Origin: a virus
Direction: 5' to 3' (one strand)
DNA: 50,263 nucleotides
IMG/VR virus record: IMGVR_UViG_3300029142_000003
Span: 1-50,263 of that record
In this document: positions 9,207 through 17,122 of the stretch, one piece after another
Numbering within the stretch: the stretch's first letter is position 1
Layout of the letters: each line of letters begins with the position of its first letter
Translations under genes and position numbers: made by a program
The notes under the pieces: generated by a model
What the model saw: the letters and a program-made list of their open reading frames with translations, nothing else
The model's database searches: none
Told to the model about the DNA's origin: nothing

Positions 9207-9235
9207 GGCCCGTAGAGCGATCTGCGGGCCTTTTT
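9207..9235 (+). terminator. rho-independent terminator
   Basis: GGCCCGTAGA / TCTGCGGGCC stem (10 bp, one G-U), GCGA loop, then TTTTT. Confidence 0.8.
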
Positions 9236-9844
9236 GCTGCCTACCCTACCTGATTTCTCCTAAAGCCCCTTGGTGACGTTCTGAGGGGCTTTCTGCTAGT
9301 TGAGAATGAGTCGCAACTAGACCTCTGGCGGTGAGTGAGAGGAACGAAAGGAAAGCAAATGAGGCCGGGAAAAAGAGAGAGGGCTTTGAAGCGAGCAAGA
9401 GCAGCGCGCAAGGACCGCACTCCCCACTCGGACGCTAGATTTCGGTCCGCTTGGGATAGCGACAATCCCCGCAGTTCAATGCGTGTGCCTTGGGGCGACC
9501 CTGATAGGCGCAAGGACAGCCGGATTGTAACTATCTGGTCATAACAATCGGGTTTCATGCGGTGGCGTCTGAAATGGCGTGTAAATCCGACCATAGGTGA
9601 ATTGTGCCTATGGGCAAATGCCTAGCGTTAATAGCGCCAAGGGTGAGTTGTAGTCACTGGGTGACGTGTAGACTTAAATAAGTCTGTGGGTTCATTGTGG
9701 CAACGGCAGTGATATGCCATAGCCACGGATAATGTACCTTAGCGCAAAGTCCTCACTATCAGCGCCTATACTACCGTGAAATCTGTATATATGCTTTATC
9801 AGCAAATGTAGGCTGTTGGGGATTCCACCGAAAGGAAACTCCGC

Positions 9845-10342
9845 ATGCCAGAAAAAACTCCCGAAAATAAGTTTCAGGTTGCTCTTGATGGGTTTATCAA
9901 GGCAACTCAGAACAGCAAGCAGTACGCAAAGGAATGCTCGCAATTGGCCTTTGAGCAGTTTGCCGAACATGGCAACCTGTCCATGGCCCAGCAATTCTTT
10001 GATGCCATGGCTACTCATGGTAATAACTATGTGCGCAAAGCCGCTTTTGCCAAATGGCTCATGTTCTATGCGCCAGTTGGGTTCGAGAAGGGTAAATTCT
10101 TCAAGGACAAAAAGCGCAAGGATCAAGAATGCCACACTGTTGAGGCGTTCAAAAAGGACTTTTGGGACTTTGCGCCCGATAAGGAAAAGATCGTGTTCGA
10201 TACCACGATGGTCTTGCAACAGCTTGACCGTCTGGTTAAGCGGTTTCGTAGTGACAACTACACAGCCGCTGACAAGAAGGATGCTGAGTTAGTCACAAAG
10301 ATTGGCGACTTCAGCGACATGCTGCACAAGAACGCAGCCTAA
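9845..10342 (+). CDS. hypothetical early protein (165 aa), flanked by a 25-nt inverted repeat
   Basis: ATG with AAGGA upstream. Helical, lysine-rich. No family recognised. Confidence 0.6.
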   Translation: MPEKTPENKFQVALDGFIKATQNSKQYAKECSQLAFEQFAEHGNLSMAQQFFDAMATHGNNYVRKAAFAKWLMFYAPVGFEKGKFFKDKKRKDQECHTVEAFKKDFWDFAPDKEKIVFDTTMVLQQLDRLVKRFRSDNYTAADKKDAELVTKIGDFSDMLHKNAA

Positions 10343-10872
10343 ACATTTTGGTCCACTCTCCAACAGCCTACACTTGCTGATAGGTAGTTGATATCGGCAA
10401 GGGGAGGTGTATCATGCGATAATCCGATCCTTAGCTAAAATTAGATAGATATTGAGTAGTTGTTATAGTGTGATTACGGTAGGTCATCGCCTCGACCGTC
10501 TAGCTAGCGGCTGCGGTGGCCTATCTTAACTACACTAGAGGGTGTGCTGGAATGAGCACAATCAGCCTTAAATGTAGGAAGTGTCAGCGTGTGCCAACAT
10601 CAAGCGGGTGAGTTTGGAAACGATCTCATCACAAGAGTACATGAAAAGCCTACAGCCCTAGTTTTATTTGCAAATAAGTCAGCATCAAGGGCTTAACCTT
10701 CACCAGCACTCCCTCCCACTCAGTGCTGCCCTTGGTGCTGTCTTATTTGCAATTGTCCACAAGCCTCTGTCTTCCCATTTGATTGGGTCATGCTCAAACT
10801 GGCACCTGAATAAACAGGTTAGCACCCATGGACGCATGGGAAAGGGGTTTTCTCTTAAAGTAGAGGTGAAGG

Positions 10873-11034
10873 ATGCAGTATTTCGTCCAAGTTAAGGTTG
10901 AAGAGCCTCACTACGACATCATCAATGTGTTTGACACTGAGTTCGAGGCTATTGCAAAAGCAAAAGAAATCAGTGAGTTGGACATTGCCACAGATGTTAA
11001 AGTGTTTGAAGCATACACTGTAGCGAAGTTCTAG
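10873..11034 (+). CDS. small acidic protein (53 aa), below the ORF-track cutoff
   Basis: GAGGTGAAGG directly before the ATG. TAG at 11032..11034 is followed by the GGAGG of the next gene. Confidence 0.55.
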   Translation: MQYFVQVKVEEPHYDIINVFDTEFEAIAKAKEISELDIATDVKVFEAYTVAKF

Positions 11035-11043
11035 GAGGTTACA

Positions 11044-11232
11044 ATGTACGCTGTCGTAAAGTCTGATAAATACCCCGATATAGCTGATATGGGGGAAGTT
11101 GTCGAGTTATATGAGTACGATGGCGGTCTTTATTGCGTTGGCGACGATGAATGGATTGATGAAGATGATCTATTCATAATCGAAGACGAAAAGGTCATTG
11201 AACTCCTATCTGACAAATACTCGCCTAAATAG
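11044..11232 (+). CDS. very acidic small protein (62 aa; 19 D/E versus 5 K)
   Basis: GGAGG 6 nt upstream of the ATG. Residue composition counted directly. Confidence 0.6.
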   Translation: MYAVVKSDKYPDIADMGEVVELYEYDGGLYCVGDDEWIDEDDLFIIEDEKVIELLSDKYSPK

Positions 11233-11573
11233 AAATAAGTTTTGCAGCGGTAGGTAGCGACAACAGTCTTGTGGTCGTGAGGAAGCAGCAGAGAGCCTCG
11301 GCTCGAACTCGGAAGGCGGAACCGCGCAAAAGGGAGGAATGGGCAGCCTAGGCGCTACGGTTACGGCTGTAGGTCCATTCCTCCCAACCAATTCCCGAAT
11401 ATCTCAGGAGTGCGCCCGCTAGCTAGCATGTTGGGCTATTAACACTCGGTGGTATTAGGGCGTACATGAGGCGTATTGCCGATGACGTTGTCCTTTTATC
11501 AAGGTAGCTATTGAGCTGATAGCGAGGACCGGGTTGGGAACCCCGGCTGAGGTTGCTTTTTTTGGAGGTAAAT

Positions 11574-12254
11574 ATGCTGATACAGGACAGGGCCAAGAAA
11601 ATATTGTCTCTGGACAACTACAGCCAAAGCAATTATGTAGCCCCAATCAGCAGACTTATTCTTGATCCACCCCATTTTCGTAAGAGTATTCTCAGGATGC
11701 CCATCCAAGAATATGATGGGGCAATTTTATTGCCAAGCGAGTTTAATTGGTGTAAGCCATTGATCAGGATGGCTTATGACAGCCAAAAGCATTTCATTGG
11801 TGTCAGCCATCCATTTGTCTATTTGACAATAAGGCACGGAGTTGGATGGAAAGACACTACTGATTGGCACGTTGATGGATTTTCTATGAGGTTTAACCAT
11901 CTTCCTGGGCAAAATTATATATGGTGCAATAAATATCCCACACAATTTGCGAGTGTCAGAGGTGACTTCCCGACAGATTTCGATCCAATGGAACACAACA
12001 TTCATAAATTCCTGTCCAATAGGATTACAGATTTTTGGGATAGTTCCCCACAGATGCTATATTGTATAGACCCGTATATATTGCATAGAACTCCTGATAT
12101 TTGGCCACAATTGGCTAAAGATAGAATATTTGTTAGAGTTTCCTTTGTACCTATTGAAATCAGGGATATAAATAACACTCAAAATCCCTATATACCAAAA
12201 CATCATTTAGGTGACGGTGTAGCTGATTTTCGAAACACCTTGAAGGAGTATTAA
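11574..12254 (+). CDS. 2OG-Fe(II) oxygenase-like (double-stranded beta-helix) protein
   Basis: GGAGG 7 nt before the ATG at 11574 (the track's TTG start at 11553 is less likely). Motifs HxD (WHVDG), distal His (YILHRTP) and RxS (RVS). Confidence 0.45.
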   Translation: MLIQDRAKKILSLDNYSQSNYVAPISRLILDPPHFRKSILRMPIQEYDGAILLPSEFNWCKPLIRMAYDSQKHFIGVSHPFVYLTIRHGVGWKDTTDWHVDGFSMRFNHLPGQNYIWCNKYPTQFASVRGDFPTDFDPMEHNIHKFLSNRITDFWDSSPQMLYCIDPYILHRTPDIWPQLAKDRIFVRVSFVPIEIRDINNTQNPYIPKHHLGDGVADFRNTLKEY

Positions 12255-12255
12255 C

Positions 12256-12774
12256 GTGCGAAAACTACTTATGATGTTGGCCCTTGTTGGTCTATTTGCC
12301 GGGGTTGCAGCTTGCAATCCTGCCGCTGCATCTGAAGACCTGCAACAATCCACCCTTGATGAGGCTTTGGCTAAAGCTGTCGGGGATGTGAGCGAGGGCG
12401 TGGCAAAGCTTTCAAGTAAGCTGGAATCTCTGGCCACTGAACATGGTCAGGTCGCTTGGGACTTGGCCTTGAATGTAGCTAGGGTTCAGGCTGCATCCGA
12501 AATCTTCGCAGGATTAGTCGCACTGATGATTTTTCTTATCTGTCTGAGATTCTTCCTCAAGGGTGTAAAAATGGGCGGAACTCCGGTTGAAGGGGAAAGT
12601 TCAATTCAGCAAGATGATCGGGAAGTGAAGGCTGCATTTATCGCTATACCAAGCGCAATTATCGGGCTTATATCGTTTGTCCCGACATTTTTGTATCTAA
12701 AGGACTTATGGTCCTGGATCGGTATCGTCTACCCAGAACTATATATCGCCCACCAAGTCATGGAGAAATTGTAA
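12256..12774 (+). CDS. predicted lipoprotein/membrane protein (172 aa)
   Basis: GTG start 1 nt after the upstream stop. Signal plus lipobox-like LFAGVAAC, then two further hydrophobic spans. Confidence 0.5.
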   Translation: MRKLLMMLALVGLFAGVAACNPAAASEDLQQSTLDEALAKAVGDVSEGVAKLSSKLESLATEHGQVAWDLALNVARVQAASEIFAGLVALMIFLICLRFFLKGVKMGGTPVEGESSIQQDDREVKAAFIAIPSAIIGLISFVPTFLYLKDLWSWIGIVYPELYIAHQVMEKL

Positions 12775-12775
12775 T

Positions 12776-13246
12776 ATGACAGGGTTTGCAATGGCTGAAG
12801 ATTTTATTCAGCGTCAAGCGGAAGAAGCCACAAATTGGCGGATTCCTGCGCGTCCTGAGCTGTGTAAAGGCCAGCTTATTGTTCTTTACGGCACTCTAAT
12901 GGGCTATAAAGGCGAACAATTGAAGTATAAGCGCGATTGCTTGCTTCATGGAAAGATTTTAAATATCGGCTCTTTCCCAGGGTTTGTGGAAAATGCCGAA
13001 GGGGAGTGCTACATCACTCATGGGGAATTGTACGAGATTGTCGATACCGACATTATCGACCAGTTCGACCCGTATGAGGGCTATGACCCCGAGCGCCACG
13101 ATGAAAGTTTCTATCGTCGCGAATATCGGTATCTAGCACGCCCCAACAACCTTAGTGCTTGGGTCTATGTCTGGAATGGAGATCAGGACTTTGATGTAGT
13201 TCCCAATGGCAATTGGAGAGACTTCAATGCTGTCCGTAACGACTGA
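12776..13246 (+). CDS. gamma-glutamylcyclotransferase (AIG2/GGACT-like)
   Basis: Motifs LYGTL, HGELYEI, FDPYEGY and YRREY are characteristic of the family. Confidence 0.7.
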   Translation: MTGFAMAEDFIQRQAEEATNWRIPARPELCKGQLIVLYGTLMGYKGEQLKYKRDCLLHGKILNIGSFPGFVENAEGECYITHGELYEIVDTDIIDQFDPYEGYDPERHDESFYRREYRYLARPNNLSAWVYVWNGDQDFDVVPNGNWRDFNAVRND

Positions 13247-13430
13247 CAAGACTAAGGACTACATCATCACAACAGCGAGAGGCCCCCATAAGGAGGTCGC
13301 TCGCTGGATGGTGAGGAATACGAATAACGGGGCTGAGTATGTATCAGCAGAGTATAACAGACTGGAAGATGGCGAGAGCCTTGCGATTATCACTAACGCG
13401 AATGAGAAACTCGATGAAAAAGAAAGCTAA
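13227..13430 (+). CDS. hypothetical protein (67 aa; alternative start 13206)
   Basis: GGAGAG upstream of the ATG at 13227. Overlaps both neighbouring genes by a few codons. Confidence 0.4.
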   Translation: MLSVTTDKTKDYIITTARGPHKEVARWMVRNTNNGAEYVSAEYNRLEDGESLAIITNANEKLDEKES

Positions 13431-14412
13431 GACCGGGGATATTCCCTCAGACGTCGAAATTATGAGCCATAGTCGTATTCATGATATTGTTGGTAACAGC
13501 TGTTATGGCTCATATAATGAGAAGGTGGTGACACCTGACATGAAAGGGGCCGAGAAGGTTGGTTTAGAAATTATGAAGCTCTCATGTGGATATGATGAGG
13601 ATATTAGCTTTGCTCTAATCGACTATGATGGTAAGGTTATCGAATATTTTGACCAAGCTTGTTGGGCTGCCCTTATTGATGGAATAACAGGTGTAAAATA
13701 CCTCGTATCTGATGCGTTTTCCTGGCGCAGAGCTAATTACGGGAATGAAATTGTTGACTATGAGAGAGATTATTTGAATTGGCTCATACACGATTCTTGG
13801 CTCTCTGATGTCTTCGAGAATCCAGATGCAGACCATATGTGGAAATATGGTGTAATCGTCAACACAAAGCACTCCCCCCAAATGATACATCACGCTAATT
13901 GCTGTGTGAGATATTTGAGCGAATATAGGTATACCCCCAGGGCTTGGGCTTTCTTGAAAGATTGTGACGGTATGACAGACAATCTTTTATATGTCATGAT
14001 GCATTTTTTCAAGAATAATGGCTCCCCTGAAGAAGGGATTAACGGTGTTACCCCGTGTTCTTCGTATAATGAACACAGGGCTGTGATTAGCGGAAGGTTC
14101 ACAAAGGATCATATACAGAATATAATTAGCGGCAGGATGGCAGAGGAAGGTAAACTCCCCCCGGCTTACAAATCCTTTGAATATTATGGGTTGGAAAAGG
14201 TGTTTGAGTTTAAACCCGAAAACCCCGGTAAGATGAACTACAGTTACGACAGATACTCTGACGGGTTCCAACCTAAAGAGTACCCGATGGGTAAGAAGAA
14301 AAAGGATAATTTTGGGAGAGATATTATATCTGATCCAGAATTCAATGGGAAGAAAGGGAAACAGACAGTGGTTAAGACTTTTCTTGATATACAAGGGCTG
14401 GAGGCAGCATAA
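13414..14412 (+). CDS. hypothetical cassette protein (332 aa; alternative starts 13339, 13402)
   Basis: Long ORF whose stop overlaps the next ATG (TAATG). Contains a Q-A-C-W-A segment reminiscent of papain-like thiol peptidases. No confident family assignment. Confidence 0.6.
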   Translation: MKKKAKTGDIPSDVEIMSHSRIHDIVGNSCYGSYNEKVVTPDMKGAEKVGLEIMKLSCGYDEDISFALIDYDGKVIEYFDQACWAALIDGITGVKYLVSDAFSWRRANYGNEIVDYERDYLNWLIHDSWLSDVFENPDADHMWKYGVIVNTKHSPQMIHHANCCVRYLSEYRYTPRAWAFLKDCDGMTDNLLYVMMHFFKNNGSPEEGINGVTPCSSYNEHRAVISGRFTKDHIQNIISGRMAEEGKLPPAYKSFEYYGLEKVFEFKPENPGKMNYSYDRYSDGFQPKEYPMGKKKKDNFGRDIISDPEFNGKKGKQTVVKTFLDIQGLEAA

Positions 14413-15086
14413 TGAAGGTTTTTATTGTGGAGAGCTACCCTGGTGCTGACCAGGAGTATGCTGATATGTATCGTCTCAAGGACTATACAATCGTTGATTG
14501 TTCCATGTCGGCTGACATCATTCAGTTCACTGGCGGTGAAGATGTCACCCCGTCGTTTTATGGGGAGTACAATCATCCGTCAACTTGCAACAATGAAATG
14601 AGGGACATTCGAGAACGTCTTATCTTCAACATTGGGTTAACATACAATATCCCAATGGTTGGGATTTGCCGTGGTGGGCAGTTTCTCAATGTTATGTGTG
14701 GTGGTAAACTGTGGCAAGACGTTAATTGTCATGCCATATATAGCGGTCATCCAATGGAAGACAAGTTGACCGGAAAGAGTGTATGGGTTAGCTCTACTCA
14801 TCACCAAATGATGCGACCTGGGGAAGGAGGGGAAGTTCTTGGCACTGCTAATGAGGCTTCGACGTTCGAAACATCCGCACGACCGAATAGTATACAAACT
14901 CATTACACTGCTCCTGCAAAGCAGCTTGGTGCTGATGTTGAAATCGTACTTTACAAGAAACAAAAGTGCCTGTGTTTCCAACCCCATCCAGAATACTTTG
15001 GGTTCCCGGAGTGCACAGAGTCGTTTTTCAGGCACGTAGACAATCTTTTGAAAGTAACTAAAGGAGAGAATACATGTGCGGCCTAG
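14412..15086 (+). CDS. class I glutamine amidotransferase / peptidase C26 (gamma-glutamyl hydrolase-like)
   Basis: Motifs FTGGEDVTPSFYG, GICRGGQFLNV (nucleophile Cys), HHQ and FQPHPE (His-Glu). Confidence 0.75.
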   Translation: MKVFIVESYPGADQEYADMYRLKDYTIVDCSMSADIIQFTGGEDVTPSFYGEYNHPSTCNNEMRDIRERLIFNIGLTYNIPMVGICRGGQFLNVMCGGKLWQDVNCHAIYSGHPMEDKLTGKSVWVSSTHHQMMRPGEGGEVLGTANEASTFETSARPNSIQTHYTAPAKQLGADVEIVLYKKQKCLCFQPHPEYFGFPECTESFFRHVDNLLKVTKGENTCAA

Positions 15087-16297
15087 TTGGCTTTATGGGG
15101 GACCCCTCCCAGAAGCATCAAGACGCATTCGAAGACATGTTGAATATGGATGTTATTCGTGGTCCTCATTCAACAGGCGTGGTTGCTGTTAGTCAAGACA
15201 GAGTATTTATGACTAAGAAGGCTGTACTTCCCCCCGATCTTATGTATAGCGAACGCTATATTGAAAACGTTGATCGGCGAACGTACAGCAATTTCTTGTT
15301 GATGGGGCACAATAGGTGGGCTACCACCGGCGCTGTTAACAATCGAAATGCTCATCCTTTTCAGCATGGCCACATCACTTTGATGCACAATGGAACCTTG
15401 CAATGGCCTATCGACTACAGGCAGAAATTTGAGACAGACAGCGAGGGCATTGCCTATTCGTTACAACAGAATGAAGACCCCCAAGACACTTGGTCTGAAC
15501 TGTTTGGTGCCGCTGCATTGGTGTGGTGGGATAGCCGAAAGAAAACTCTCAACGCCATACGCAACGATGAGCGACCTCTTTGGTTCTGTCCAACTAAGGA
15601 CAACAAGTCTCTGTTCTGGTCTTCAGAGCCGTGGATGTTGAAGGCAGCATGTGCTCGACGCAATGTCGAAATTGATGTAAACTCATGCTTTCAACCTTTG
15701 GAAGACGAGCTGTATTCTTTCTCTTGGAACAAGAAGGATTCGAAAGTAACCTTCGAAAATAAGAGGCTGAAGTCTTCAAGCCTCGGGAGGTCTCTTCAGT
15801 CCAAACGTTCGGACGTTTGTTCCTCGGCTGAAGACTGGTACGAAGACCAATTGTGGTACGAAACGTACGGATATGGGAAGTCCAAGCCAAAACGAAGTGG
15901 ACAGAGCGATAAACAATCTGAGGGAGTTCGCAGCGAGGGCGATGGACATTCCGATGGGACCTCTAAACCCTCCATACAGGTCGGAGAAACTACACTAGTT
16001 CTCAATCCAAAAACTCTTGTCTATGAAAAACAGGAGGATGGGGAAGAGGGAAACCTCTTGTTGGGCCAGGACATCCCTCCCAAAGAAAAATTACACATTC
16101 TCCGTCAGTACCAGAAACACTCTCTAACGGAGGAGGAGTTCAATCAGCAATACACATGTTGTCCTGGATGTGGAGAAACTTTGGAAGGCCAGTACGATGA
16201 GAGTGTCATCATAGACAAGAAAATAGCTGTCTGCCCAAGCTGTGTATCGTACTGCGAAGACGAGGGCTACAACGTGGACTTTGTATTTAAAAACTAG
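15074..16297 (+). CDS. Ntn-type class II glutamine amidotransferase with a C-terminal zinc ribbon
   Basis: N-terminal MCGLVG (Cys2 nucleophile), HNRWATTG, NAHPF, HNGTL and DSE. C-terminus has CCPGCGE...CPSC. Confidence 0.75.
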   Translation: MCGLVGFMGDPSQKHQDAFEDMLNMDVIRGPHSTGVVAVSQDRVFMTKKAVLPPDLMYSERYIENVDRRTYSNFLLMGHNRWATTGAVNNRNAHPFQHGHITLMHNGTLQWPIDYRQKFETDSEGIAYSLQQNEDPQDTWSELFGAAALVWWDSRKKTLNAIRNDERPLWFCPTKDNKSLFWSSEPWMLKAACARRNVEIDVNSCFQPLEDELYSFSWNKKDSKVTFENKRLKSSSLGRSLQSKRSDVCSSAEDWYEDQLWYETYGYGKSKPKRSGQSDKQSEGVRSEGDGHSDGTSKPSIQVGETTLVLNPKTLVYEKQEDGEEGNLLLGQDIPPKEKLHILRQYQKHSLTEEEFNQQYTCCPGCGETLEGQYDESVIIDKKIAVCPSCVSYCEDEGYNVDFVFKN

Positions 16298-16312
16298 AGA
16301 GAGATAGGAATA

Positions 16313-17122
16313 ATGGATGTTTTGATCGGAGCAGACCCTGAATTCTTCTTAAAGAAAGGGGGTAAAGACGTATCCGCTTACGGACTTGTGCCTGGGGACA
16401 AGCGGGACCCACACAAGGTTAAGGATGGGGCTGTTCAACGTGATGGACTTGCTGTTGAGTTCAATATTGATCCGGCTGAGAGCGAGGATCAGTTTGTCCA
16501 CAATATTGACAGTGTTATGGCTCAACTCAGGGATATGATTCCTAATGACGTTGAGTTTAATATCAATCCTCACGTTGAGTTCGACACGAAATATTACGAA
16601 GATCAGCCGGACGAGACTAAGGAGCTTGGGTGTGACCCAGACTACAACGCTTACACAATGCAGTCAAACAAGTCCCCTGAAGCAAGCCCATTACGGGCTG
16701 CCGGGGGGCATGTTCATATCGGATGGACTGAAGGACAAGATGTTTCCGATAGACACCATGTCGAATGCTGTGCCGACCTCGCCAAACAACTTGACTTCTA
16801 CTTGGGAGTGCCATCCGTATTGCTCGATGAGGACAAGACTCGTCGGTCACTGTACGGAATGGCTGGAGCGTTCAGGCCCAAGCCATATGGAATGGAGTAT
16901 CGAACCCTATCGAACTTCTGGCTCAAGGATGACAAACTGAAAAGGTTTGTTTATCGTGGTGCCACAATGGCCGTGAATAAGCTGGTCAATGAAAACTATC
17001 AAGCTATCCATAAGTATGGAGAAGATTATCGTAATCTGATAGATAACTCAGATACAGAACGTGCCAAAGTTTATTGTGGCAAAATTAAACCCCTTAAAAG
17101 GCTGGTAGAGGATGCAAAGTAA
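16313..17122 (+). CDS. phiEco32-type COOH-NH2 ligase (glutamine synthetase/GCS2-like fold)
   Basis: Motifs GADPEFFL, DGLAVEFNI, GCDPDYNAY, AGGHVHIGW and GMEYRTLSNFW match my recollection of Pfam COOH-NH2_lig. Confidence 0.65.
   Translation: MDVLIGADPEFFLKKGGKDVSAYGLVPGDKRDPHKVKDGAVQRDGLAVEFNIDPAESEDQFVHNIDSVMAQLRDMIPNDVEFNINPHVEFDTKYYEDQPDETKELGCDPDYNAYTMQSNKSPEASPLRAAGGHVHIGWTEGQDVSDRHHVECCADLAKQLDFYLGVPSVLLDEDKTRRSLYGMAGAFRPKPYGMEYRTLSNFWLKDDKLKRFVYRGATMAVNKLVNENYQAIHKYGEDYRNLIDNSDTERAKVYCGKIKPLKRLVEDAK

Noticed and set aside
9241-9594. 117-aa minus-strand ORF in the first early spacer (and 9692..10219, minus)
   Set aside because: Composition is Arg/Ser/Leu-rich and low in complexity. The orientation opposes the surrounding transcription unit and no RBS is present. 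9692..10219 overlaps the better-supported plus-strand gene 9845..10342.
10668-10895. 75-aa plus-strand ORF in the second spacer
   Set aside because: It has no RBS, a hydrophobic/Ser-rich composition, and runs into the RBS of the better-supported 53-aa ORF at 10873. Kept as non-coding.
11529-11563. A rho-independent terminator before the cassette
   Set aside because: The stem is only 5 bp (CCGGG/CCCGG) and is separated from the T-run by about 12 nt. This is too weak to call as a terminator, so it is mentioned only as a possible attenuator element.
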